In this document: piece after piece, positions 1 through 10,578 of the stretch
Layout of the letters: each line of letters begins with the position of its first letter
How positions within the stretch are numbered: the stretch's first letter is position 1
NCBI GenBank assembly: GCA_964035545.1
Contig: CAXIUT010000109.1
Location: forward strand, 1-13,776
Source: Bugula neritina
Taxonomy: Eukaryota; Animalia; Bryozoa
Length of the DNA stretch: 13,776 nt
Reading direction: 5' to 3'
Notes under the pieces: model-generated
Seen by the model: only the letters and a program-made list of their open reading frames with translations
Database searches by the model: none
What the model was told of the DNA's origin: nothing
Position numbers and translations under genes: made by a program

Positions 1-616
1 ATAGGAGACAACTAACTGTCGCCTTAATGTCTAAGATGGGCATAAAAGTAATATTATTCATAAATACAGAAACTGTACAAATAAAACTATTATGATTCCA
101 TAAAAATATCAAACTTTTATACGTCCAGTATCTACTCATCAACTTTTTAGATAACTTTCTAATGCATAAAAACAACAATATTTTACAGTAGAATTTGTTA
201 AGTTTTATAGTCCATTTGTATCGAAAAAAACATGGGAATTTATTCATCCTCTTAACAAAGAGGATAACTTATGTAGAAAAACCATTTTATAATGGTAAAT
301 TAAATAACATATTTGTATTCATGGATTTTAAGGATCTTTTGATAGCAACTTATTCGGAAAAGGATATTTTTCAATCGTTCCCCAAAACAGAGATAAACAC
401 TTCTATAGCTGGTTTCCTCTCTACTTCCCTTTTATTGAATAAGAATTCCTATAAACTGGATAAAAGATCACAATATAGATGGCAAGACACTCAACCGAAA
501 CAAAAGTATGGTACTAATGGAAATATAACATTCTTGATAAAGAAGGAATATAAAGAAAATCATCAATTTGGCATAACAATAATGCTAAACTATCAATTGA
601 ACTTACCCTTTAATGA
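1..616 (+). CDS. PRMT5: Protein arginine N-methyltransferase 5, 3' part (5' end outside window); 22-nt intron at 48-69
   Basis: With TAR=Glu it reads IGDN[E]LSP[E]CLRWA...MIP[E]KYQTFIRPVS...IHGF[E]GSF...FYSWFPLYFP...KVWY[E]W...WHN, matching the PRMT5 motifs DNELSPECL, HGFxGYF, FSWFPIxFP and KVWYEW. Intron GTAAT...TACAG restores the frame. Stop is TGA 614-616. Confidence 0.93.
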
Positions 617-698
617 CTATGATAAATTTAAAATGTTTAATTTTATAACTATAGCAGTTTTAAGGCAAATATAAAAATTAGATTGCTATATTTGATTA

Positions 699-1300
699 AT
701 GATATAAGACGACTAAGTCATCTAGTGCAACCCATACCTCACAGACAATGACATCCTAGTCATCTATGGAATCTACTTCTGCATCAAATGCAAAAATATG
801 ATGACTCCTGATCAAGCACAAGTCGAAACCCTCACATTTTCCTGTCAAGCATGCGGCATGAAAAACATTGACTTCACAGATAGAGTTGGCGAAGACTGCA
901 TCCTCTACAACAAAGAAATCAGAACACGTAATACATTATCTATTTAGTTCATAATCAACAAGTTCCTGAAGGCAATAACATCTTTGATCGAACTATGCCT
1001 ACTGTCTAAGTTGCCTGTCCTGAATGCTAGTACAAAAAAGCTACCTATTTCCTGATTTCAGAAGAAAATGAGACCAAGTTGACTGCCAGAATGATGTGTA
1101 AGAATATGATGGGAAGTACAATCAAGTGTGGAAATATTTGGGACCTCCATGATACTTCGGAAATCAAAGAATCAGCTGTGGTAGTCAAAGTTATGGAAGA
1201 TTGGGATGAAAGGAGTAATAAGTATTCTGAAGATCAAGGATGGCTTGATAACTACAATGAAGAAAGAGGAATGAGCCCTGAATTCGACTAAGAAAATTGA
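699..1300 (+). CDS. RPB9: RNA polymerase II subunit RPB9-like double zinc-ribbon protein, 193 aa; 20-nt intron at 928-947
   Basis: ATG 699; YFCIKCKNMM...FSCQACG, then DRTMP...CPEC.YKKATYF...MMC...CGNIW. It lacks the QxRSADE acidic hairpin of RPA12/RPC10. Spliced length is 582 nt, ending in TGA. Confidence 0.75.
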
Positions 1301-1330
1301 TTATCATAACCTTTATTTGATATAATATTA

Positions 1331-2008
1331 ATGAGTGATAAATAAGAGGAATCTTAATGGATAGTTGTAAAACACAAAAGAAAAAGAATTTAAAAAGAAA
1401 TAAAACCATAACGCATTCATAATAAAGGGGGTATTATTCAATTGAATCATTTAGAGGAATAAAAACTCAAAGAATCTTTTCTTTCTTCTGATTCATATCA
1501 ACATAATTACAATTTCTTTGAATCTATGTTAGAAAAATAACATAAAGAAGTCAAGATTCATTGTTTAGGATTAGGTAATTTTCAAAGTCAACTCAAGCCT
1601 TATCTTCAAATGCTTTTTCTTAAAAATATCATCATTAAAATCACTTAAAAGCATAAATTTAGTTATAAAGTGAATGTATATGATCCAGCTTTTTCAATTG
1701 ATTAAATAAAATAAATAAAACATCTAAAATGGTAGAATTAAGAAGTGAACAAAGTATAATAAACAGCTTATAACATATTTTATATGCCTCATTGTTAACG
1801 TTTTCTACATTAAGAAGTATGTCTTCTAAAAAGAAAAAATCCTATGACTTCATTTCTTGTTATTGGAAATTCAATTAACTAGTATCGATAAAGATGCAAA
1901 ATAAAATAATAAATCATTCCTTAAGTTTTCTAAAATAGGAAAATAGAAGAGAAAAAGATATTTGACTATAAAGAAGCCTTTAATGATATGTATATATACA
2001 TTTTGTGA
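1331..2008 (+). CDS. SRR1-like (SRRD/Ber1 family) protein, 225 aa
   Basis: Single open frame under TAR=Glu with the motifs IHCLGLGNF, VYDPAFS, IFYMPHC[E], VIGNSI and EAFNDM, all typical of the SRR1 domain. Confidence 0.85.
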
Positions 2009-2022
2009 AATTTTAAAAACTA

Positions 2023-2703
2023 TCATTCAAATTAAGAACAATTTTCACTCTCTTCTGTTGCCTACATTGTCTATGTCTTTCGAAATTGTTAAAGAATTGG
2101 TTTAATCTTTAAAGTTTTGATTATGTTCTCGAATGAGATAATTATTCTATTATTTCTATCTTCTTGAGACTACATATTATCTAACTTTTTATTATTTATC
2201 TTTATCTTACGATCCAACATCTTCTTTATATTTTTTACCTCTTCTACTCTTTCCTTTAACCTCTTTATCTCTTTCATCTAAAACACCTTGCCTTCCTCAA
2301 ATTTGTTCAAAACAAAATCAGATTTCTCAAGAGAACTTATAGGATAAGGATTAAGTAACTTTTAAGATAACTATTTTTCAGGCTTCAATAGTCCTTTAAC
2401 TCGATCAGAATAAAATCTTAATTGTTCTTTAAGTAATTTTTTTATTTTATATCCATAGTTAGGATCAAAAGTATCCACTAAATTATCTTTGAAACTTGCT
2501 TTGCTTTGAAAGTAATCAGGATGTACTTTTTTGACATGTAGATAAAGAGATGCATAACTAAGATATTGTCTTAAACAAAAACATTAAAACCTTTTTGTAT
2601 CAACATCCTCATTAGAAAGAGTCTTTCTATTCCATTTTTTATCTCTCTTCTCAAGTTTTCCTCCAACTTCTGGAAGATTAGGTTCCAAATGCTATTCCTA
2701 CAT
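2023..2703 (-). CDS. C2H2-like zinc finger protein with a Lys/Glu-rich C-terminus, about 226 aa (start may lie further upstream)
   Basis: Open frame from ATG 2703 to TGA 2023, containing RF[E]CFCLRQYLSYASLYLHVKKVH (CxC...Y.S...LY.H...H finger). Confidence 0.7.
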
Positions 2704-2883
2704 ATATTAGTTAGATTTGGTAAAAAGTTCAACTGTTATGGAAGTCACTTAATAAATCGCACAAACAAGTATTTTAAAAATTATTTTACCTCTTATATTT
2801 ATGTCTATTTAACGATTTTATTAACAAATAAAATACCTTATTTTTCGATATTTTAATTTTATTCAATCATATCCTACTTGATT

Positions 2884-3393
2884 TCAATTTCGCACTACTT
2901 GCATATCAAAAGAATCAGCATTTTCTTAATCTAATCGATATAAAGTTGGTCTGGATCTCACTCTTCGAGCTATATCATTCAGGGCACGTAAAGGTTCGTT
3001 ACCTGATTCGATACCAAGTGTGTATTTCATTTTCTTAGACAAAAATTCTGTGTTTATCATTAAATCAGAATATGACTGTAGTCCTGGTCCCCATATTATT
3101 TGGTTGACTTTGATGCAATTAAAACAACCATCAAGAGTTGAAATGCCACAACCTATTCCACAACTATAAAGACAGTATTTGCAACTTTTAGACCAATTAT
3201 TCAAGACAGCATGAGGCTAGCCTAAGCTACAATCAATGATGATAGGAGCAAGAAAAGCCCACCAAGCTGCATCACAGTAGATAATAGACAAAGCAGACGC
3301 CTATCTAGCATGCCAAATATCTATACAATTGGCTAGTCCATAAGCTTGACAAGAAAAGCAACAAGACTGACAACAATTCTTGATACAGTTCAT
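2884..3393 (-). CDS. Cys-rich protein of unknown function, paralogue 1 of 3 (169 aa)
   Basis: MNCIKNCCQSCCFSCQAYGLANCIDIWHAR[E]AS...LDGCFNCIK...SYSDLMINTEFL...LGIESGNEP; collinear with the two neighbouring paralogues; ends in TGA. Confidence 0.88.
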
Positions 3394-3552
3394 ATCCTAT
3401 TATGTTTAAAAAATAGATTAAATCTTTCATAAAAAAATAAATAATAGATAACTAGTCCTATCTTGCTCAAAAACATATTAAATGAAATATTATCTATTTT
3501 ATTCTAATCTTTTTATTTTGATATTTCAACACTTTCTAAGATTTATTTATAA

Positions 3553-4092
3553 TCATTGTCTATAAGGATTGAGAGCTATCTAATTTTGATTTTAGCTATT
3601 TTGATATGAGGAATCTACTATCTATTCATTTAGATTCAAAGCAGTTCCTCTAGACCTAACTCTATTAGCTATAAAATGCAATGCTTCTACTGGTTGATTT
3701 CCTGTCTACAATCCCAAAGTTTCTTTTATTTTATTAGCCAAAAACTCTGTATTTATCATCAAATCAGAGTATGATCTCAGTCCTGGTCCACAAATAAGTT
3801 GAGTTGTTTTGATACAGTTAAAACAGCCGTCAAGAGGAGACACACAGTTAAGACAACAACCAAATATACAATATTTGATTCCAATTATGCAGTTTTTGAG
3901 AGCAATATTACATTATCCACAGCTGCAGTCAATGATAGGAGGAGCACATATATTCCAACAGCAAGAATTGCAGTATATTATCGATAATCCGCATGCTTAT
4001 CTAGAATGCCAGATATCAATGCAATTCGCTATAGAGTAAGCTTGGCAAGGGAGGCAACAACAAAACTGACAGCATTTCTTTATACAACTCAT
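3553..4092 (-). CDS. Cys-rich protein of unknown function, paralogue 2 of 3 (179 aa)
   Basis: MSCIKKCCQFCCCLPCQAYSIANCIDIWHSR[E]ACG...LDGCFNCIK...SYSDLMINTEFL...LGL[E]TGNQP; 540-nt open frame. Confidence 0.88.
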
Positions 4093-4205
4093 ATGAAATA
4101 TCTAAATATATCTAAAATTTAGACTAAATTTTAGATGAAGAGATACTAAATAAAAAATCATTTAAACTTAATAAATATTCTAAATGATAACAGTGTTTAT
4201 TGATA

Positions 4206-4724
4206 TCATGATCTTTTCTAGCTCGTATTAGTTAATTCATGTTTGCTGTTCTATTATACTCGCTATTCATGTAATTCATGCCTATTTGATTTGATTTTAT
4301 TCGAAATCTCTTCTAATACTGTTATTGGCATATTTCCAGTTTATAAACCTAAAGCTTTCTTGATTTTATCATGAAAAAATGATGTATTTTTGAGCAATTA
4401 AGAGTAAGAACTAAGTCCATCGACCCATATAAGCTGATTAACTTTTGCAAAATTATAAAGGCCATCAGCTGAAGAAGAACAACAAAGTGCAAAACTAAAC
4501 AGACAGTATTTGCATCCTAGTGAATATTTTTAACAACATACATCTCTTGAACCTTGTCTACAATCAAGAATCATTGGAGCCACTTGAGACCAACGAGCAG
4601 AATTGAAATATAGTATTGATAGACCACATGCTTCCAAAGAATGCCAAATATTGATACAACTTGCAAGTTTATAAGCCTGACAAGATAGACAACAAGATTG
4701 ACTACACTTTTTTATACAATCCAT
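4206..4724 (-). CDS. Cys-rich protein of unknown function, paralogue 3 of 3 (172 aa)
   Basis: MDCIKKCSQSCCLSCQAYKLASCINIWHSLEACG... reads through the TAA at 4530-4532 to KYCLFS...ADGLYN...LGL[E]TGNMP; 519-nt open frame. Confidence 0.86.
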
Positions 4725-4808
4725 ATTATTATATATCTTAAAATACTCAATCTTTGATAAATATCAGTATAATAAAAAAGTTATTGATCATTATAATTAT
4801 TAGGTAGT

Positions 4809-5981
4809 TCATTTTCTTTTTGTTTCTGATATTTCTTTACCTTCCTATGATTCCCTCAAAACCATAAAATCAGCACTTGCACTTTAGCCATCGCATAGTC
4901 CAACCTACATATAGCTACAATCTGCTTCATGCCTATAATTCTGAAGAGGAAAACTTGATAGACCGATATTCAGATGACCACTCACATCAAAGAAACCATT
5001 TAGCTTTTGACTTTATCCTTGATTCAGTTGACTAAATAGATTAACTGAAGATTGAACATGTCCAAATAAATTAATTGACTCCAATTTTACTTCCTAATCT
5101 TATACTTTTTGATCTAATTCAGGAACAGAAAATTGCAAATCAGGTCTAACAATAGTTTTTACTTGGCTTTTATCTTTTTGCTTAGGCGATGGAAAATAGT
5201 CACTAAAAGCAAATGATCTTTTTCTGTTATCAATAGGTTATTTTTATAGATTATAAGCATGAGATATCTGAACTATCTGATCTACCATAAAATTATAATG
5301 TTTGCATGGCTGATGTGAATGAAGTAATGAATAAAGTTTATTAAATATTCTAGGATTTATCGTTACATTTATTTGGTGTTTAGTCAACCATTTCTTATAA
5401 ACTGCAATGAAATTCGGACAAATTTTACAAGCCTCATTTAGTATCTCCTACCCATCACCATTGAGAGCACTTTTAGACCACCAACTCACCAACATCAAAC
5501 TTAAACCCACCTATCTACTCTCCTTCCTCTCATTAGGAAACCAAAATAAATCTCCCATGTCTTAACATCCCTCAACAATTATACTCTCTTCTATTTCCCA
5601 TTATAACTGCTACAACTTATAGGTAAACAAAAGAATCTATATTTCAGAAAGAAGAAATAGCTTAGAAGTGGCTTTGAGGAGTTGATAGAGAGGCACTATA
5701 GATGCATGAGGTGATAGATCGGAAACTACTCTCAGAAGGGAGTCCATGCTTTTAGCAGTTGTTTTTAGATATTTGGCAAGTGCCCTACTGTAGCTAGAGG
5801 GAGTGTAGTTTGATAGAGACTTTTAGACTTCTTTTCTATGAGCTCTTTCCTTCATATTTACAAAACTTTTATTTGCAATAAATTCTGTCCTAACAATTCT
5901 TGCTTTTTTAATGAATATCACTGTCTTTTAAGGAAAACTACAATCGAAAACATCATTTTAAACAAGTCTGCCTAGATCCAT
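4809..5981 (-). CDS. Hypothetical protein, about 390 aa (alternative in-frame ATGs at 5999 and 5855)
   Basis: TGA-free frame of about 1.17 kb with plausible composition that fills the gap between its neighbours. No family recognised. Confidence 0.65.
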
Positions 5982-6006
5982 GAAACTATTGATAATCATT
6001 AATATT

Positions 6007-6585
6007 TCATAAATTTGAATTATCTTTTTATTTCTTGTTCGAATCAACTTCTAAAGATCTCAATACTTCAGCTCTTCTCTTCTTCTATTCTTCTGCCTGC
6101 TAGACTAATCTCTATTTTTCTTATCTTATTTTCCTGAGTTGCTTTCTCTTCTCTTCAATAGCTTCTACTCCACTTCTCCTATATAGTTAAAGTTGTCTTT
6201 AAAGTTTTTATATTTCCTTTTCTCTATCCTTTCCAAAAGCATATTTCATAATATAATCAGATCCACTTCCTCCTTGAATATAAAATCGTTAAGCAACAGC
6301 TGATCGATTATATATCTCATGTGATCTATCCTTCATACTCATAGTTGTCAACTTAAAGAGTTTATCGATTGGCATTCTAATTTTTTGGAGCTAGAAATGA
6401 CTCTTCATCACTTGCTAGTAGCATTCATGATATGATAGTTGTTCTTTTTCTACAGCATTTTTGAAGAAACACTTAAATCCTGGAAAAACTGAAAGAGAAA
6501 GAAAATCTCTAGTTGCAGGTTTTTGGGTAGTAGGCGCTGGAGTATCAAATTTGGTAATATCTGAGTCAAATTATTCGTTCTCCAT
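6007..6585 (-). CDS. Hypothetical protein with a charged coiled-coil-like C-terminus, 192 aa
   Basis: ATG 6585 to TGA 6007. In-frame TAR codons fall within E/K/R-rich runs (REKEI[E]KL[E]RQL[E]LYRR). Confidence 0.65.
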
Positions 6586-6657
6586 CTCAATTATAAATAA
6601 ATAAACTCATCATTATATCATTTTGAACATAACCTAAAATCCTTAATAATAATTAAT

Positions 6658-7145
6658 ATGTCCACAACCGCCCAAAGAAGACTACTCCAAGATCTCACTA
6701 AAATCAAGAAAAATAACAGTTAAGGCATCGAAGCATTTCCAGATGAAGATAATCTCTTCCAATGGTAAGCCATCATCTATGGACCTCTTGATTCCATCTG
6801 GTAAGGAGGAACATTTCGACTGCAAATCGATTTCGATGAATAATATCCAAACAAACCTCCCATCCTACAGTTTAAAACTAAGTTATTCCATCCAAATATC
6901 TATAGTGATGGTAAAATATGCATAGATAGTATTTATAAAATAATTAAGTTCTCCAAAAACAATGGAGTCACATGATTGATATAACGTCTCTTCTGACATC
7001 AATTCGATCTCTTCTGGGTGATCCGAACCCATAATCCCCAGCAAATCCATAAGCAGCTAGAATGTTTGTCAACAATCGAAAAGATTACTACCGAAGAGTC
7101 AAATAAATAGTCTAACTCTCATGGAATACCCATCTAAAACTATGA
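6658..7145 (+). CDS. RAD6: Ubiquitin-conjugating enzyme E2, Rad6/UBC2 class, 155 aa; 20-nt intron at 6929-6948
   Basis: [12 protein letters not shown]...W[E]GGTFRL..FDE[E]YPNKPP...[14 protein letters not shown]^ILQKQWS...DPNP[E]SPANP[E]AARMF...RVK[E]IV[E]LSW; the HPN motif and catalytic Cys are present. Confidence 0.93.
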
Positions 7146-7210
7146 TATCTTCAACACTATGTTTTGAATATTTGATTGATAAAACAAATCTAAATATATA
7201 ATTTCACCAA

Positions 7211-8452
7211 ATGAAACCCATCAACAAACCATACGTCCACTACTATATCTAAAACTTCCTACCTTCAAATAAATATCAATAAATATTGTCAGTCTATAAT
7301 CATCTGGAATTCAAGTAAAAATAAAGCGATCTTTTTCATTTTTATCAAACTAATGAACTAGCCAATGAACCTCAAATCGACTTCTTCAAAAAATAACTTA
7401 ATAAACAATTTTCACAAATCACCACACTCAAAAATACCTTCTACACCCTCTTTGCATCCTACTACTTCAAAGGAGATTACCTGCTCTGTCATGATGATGT
7501 CATCTAAGATAGAAAATATGCCTTTTCGTACTATCTAGAAGATCATCCTTCAGCCTAGTTAGTCCTATTTGATAATACAGCTACTAAATAAGTCAAAAGA
7601 ATTAAAGTTAAAAAAAACTTGCTTGTCATTTTTTAAGTTTCTAACATATCATTCCATTAGGTGGCTCTTTCAAAATCTGATGGAAGAAAAGCAGTTACTG
7701 GTTGGCTCAATTAAAAAGGTCAAGGTGACAAAAGACCAAAAATAGCAAAAACACCATATGTTCCTTTTCTCCCATCAGATTCCAACAAATTATAAATGGA
7801 TTTAGATTTCTAATAGGAATAATTTTATCGTTTCCCAGATATATAATATATATTTGACATTGTATCTCGAAAACCAGCAGGACCCTTCTTCGAAAGAAAA
7901 GCCACTCGACTCGAACTATCATAATACGTAGTTATTGATCTGAAAGGATATTCCCTTTTTAGTGCAGATTGTTTACAATTCAAACAAGGAGATTATCTTC
8001 TTCTCAATGATCCAGTTAACAACTTGGGAGAAGACATAGTTGATGTTTTTATTCTACAAGTCCAAAAAAAAGTCAAAACATTTGGAGTATTTATCAATGT
8101 AGTCGATGAAGATGGTAACGTCACTGCCAGTATTCCATATGAAACTGATAGTATGTTTATAGTAAAAAGAGGAACAAAGAACTACTACATTGATTTGGTG
8201 GATCGAGAGGTCTATGTTGTTCATCTTATTTACAAAAAAACAAAATCAAAAAAATCAAAATCAGTTGAAGTGAGATAGATTTTAGGAGCAAAAGGAATGA
8301 GATCTAAGTTAATGGAAAATCAAAGAAAGATAAAATAAGAAGATGGAGCAGCAACCAATATGATATCAGGCAAGAAGAAACAAATTAAAAAATAATAAAA
8401 ACCTGTATCTAAGTCAACCATAAAATCAAACAAAAAGCAATCTAGAAAGTGA
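7211..8452 (+). CDS. OGFOD1: OGFOD1/Tpa1-like 2OG-Fe(II) ribosomal prolyl hydroxylase, 413 aa, intronless
   Basis: SDLFHFYQT; GDYLLCHDD (HxD); IF[E]VSNISFH[E]V (distal His); RKAVTGW (2OG-binding Arg). A degenerate second domain carries GDYLLLND, followed by a Lys-rich tail. Confidence 0.82.
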
Positions 8453-8550
8453 TGATAGCTATAAATACAAATAAGGATGTAATATAAATTTAATCTATTT
8501 TTATGTGTTTTAGATGAAGAGATAATATAAAATATAAATAGATTGATTTG

Positions 8551-9209
8551 ATGCCTTACTTCGGTAGAAACGTAACCCATGCAGATGAATAAGAACAAAA
8601 TGATAAATTGAAAATCTAACAAGAATAACTTTCTGATCTAGATTAGTCAATTTAACATTAAAATAAAGAACTTACTGATGGAAAATGGAATGACTAATAA
8701 AACTTTAAATTTGTTATCTTTGTACACTACCATCAAGACGTCTTCTCCTCCAAACATAAAAGAAAGTAAATCACATCTCATATAGATCAGCTAAAATATT
8801 CAAAACCTTTGAAGAACATCTTAAAGATAGATCTGCTGCTCAATGCAGAAGTCACTTCCAAAAACTAGTACAAAAATTCAAAACAGTCGCTAAAATAAAA
8901 AAATTCTATTAAAATTACTACGGAAAATAAACCTACAGAAAATAATTATAAAAATTTAAAGAATAATGGTAATTAACTCACTTACCAGTCAAAAACTAAC
9001 CCAATCGCTTGTCCATATAAGTCAGCATCCAAACAGACTTCCTATAACCCAATAAAAACTGTCCTAATTGCTCACATCCTCTCGAACAAATAAAACAAAA
9101 TCAACCTAATTATAATCCCTTTATCTATTGGAATCAGCTCAACCAAATGGGAGTTAACTGCGTCTATCTATTCTCCCCAAGAAATGAATAAAACATCTCA
9201 ATCGAATGA
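8551..9209 (+). CDS. Myb/SANT-like (SHxQK class) DNA-binding protein, 212 aa; 20-nt intron at 8766-8785
   Basis: GKWND[E][E]NFKFV...KIFK...RSAAQCRSHFQK; intron GTAAA...TATAG joins the two halves of the domain in frame. Confidence 0.82.
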
Positions 9210-9250
9210 TACAATTAAAATTATTATTTCTATCACATATGATATCATCT

Positions 9251-10561
9251 TCACTTGGATAAATTAGTTAGATAGGATAATAACTATTGACCTCCTTTGA
9301 ATTAGTTTTATTTGAGCATTTATATGAACTAATCGATTTATCCTTCATTCCAGATTAGTTTGCTTTCAACTCTTTTGCAAATGAATTATTGAAGACCTTT
9401 TATCAGTTACTTACTATGATCTTTCATTTATTTAGTAGTTTATAAGAAAGTAATAAATCCCTTTGCAGCAAAATATGAGAAATCTTATAGATTTTTGTTA
9501 GAAATAGCATCAATACTTCTAGTAATAATAGAAGAACGTCTAAAATACATAAAATTAGGATTACTATAAAATCTATCCAATATACTAACTATAGTCTACA
9601 AGTCAATATCAGTATGTTCACATAATCTACATTAATAACAAAATATACCTAAAAAACAACTACCTCAACTGATTCTACAACTACTAATTAGCCCCATTTA
9701 TCTCAAAATTATAGATCAATAAATCCATCAATGGCACTATATCCGACCAAGACATCACGTCCAATAACCTCTGGTAAGATTTTTATATCTAAATTCTTTA
9801 TACTCTCTGCAAATATCTATCGTATCTCGAAGTATTCTTTATAAAATACTATCCACATAATAAACTAACAAAATTCTAGTCATATTTCTGCTACTCCTTG
9901 ATCTTCTTCATTTCTTACTCGCTATACAACCTTCCAACAAAAGGATAGTAACTATGGTCGACCTTATCCAAGTTGGCTTTGACGCCCAACTGCCCATGAC
10001 ACTTGATTTCATGTCCAAGATACTTCAACATAGTAGTCACTCGAATATATGGCTACCAAGTAGGTAGGACCTTAAGCGTGTTCATATATTCATAGATCTA
10101 GAACAATTTAAGAGTATGTTAGGAAGCTGCTTCTTCGAAAAGATTTCTTTAGTACCTTGATTCTTGGAATAGAAACCATAGATATTTTTATACTTGTTAA
10201 TTTTTGATTTAGACGTGACTATTAAGCAGATAGTTATAGTATTTTCTATGCAGATTATGTTTGTAGGCAGATCCAATCAGTCTCATCTCTTTCATTTTAT
10301 AGTAACATTGCAAGTGGGCAACAGAACAACTCCTTCTCTTCATCATAAAATCTTACACCCGATCCACAAAACTAGTCACCTCCTCGCAACTCTAAATGAA
10401 TTCCTATAAATAAGAACAACACTTACCCTATGCTCATACAGATGTCTAATGTGATTGATGACTGTTTAGTCGTTGGTCATGTGTAGATTAGAGAGGTTGT
10501 TGATGAAGTGTTGTTGTTAGGTGGTTCTAAAGGCAAAAAGAGATCTTTTTATTAACTTCAT
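9251..10561 (-). CDS. Hypothetical protein, 421 aa, possibly mitochondrial; introns at 10404-10426 (23 nt) and 9627-9648 (22 nt)
   Basis: Two canonical GTA...TAG micro-introns give a continuous 1266-nt frame. The N-terminus MKLIKRSLFAFRTT is basic and lacks acidic residues, like a mitochondrial presequence (inference). Confidence 0.7.
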
Positions 10562-10578
10562 TGGTTATAAATATAAAT

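Noticed and set aside
195-674. 159-aa ORF from the supplied track
   Set aside because: It is an alternative-frame shadow. The overlapping frame carries clear PRMT5 motifs once TAR is read as Glu.
3799-4039. Short plus-strand ORFs in the track (also 6743-6925, 7707-7922, 8320-8622, 10194-10409, 11944-12168)
   Set aside because: They are antisense or off-frame to better-supported genes.
2884-4724. Metallothionein or immobilisation-antigen identity for the Cys-rich triplet
   Set aside because: The proteins are rich in aromatic and hydrophobic residues and have a long Cys-free C-terminal half. They show no signal peptide, GPI tail or periodic Cys repeats.
1-9209. Mass pseudogenisation as an explanation for the in-frame stops
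   Set aside because: The interruptions in recognisable genes are only TAA/TAG, never TGA. They fall at Glu positions and the catalytic motifs are intact.
9239-10160. Long plus-strand frame with a possible 19-nt intron at 9450-9468
   Set aside because: It is the antisense shadow of the minus-strand gene 9251-10561, which has canonical introns and a more natural composition.
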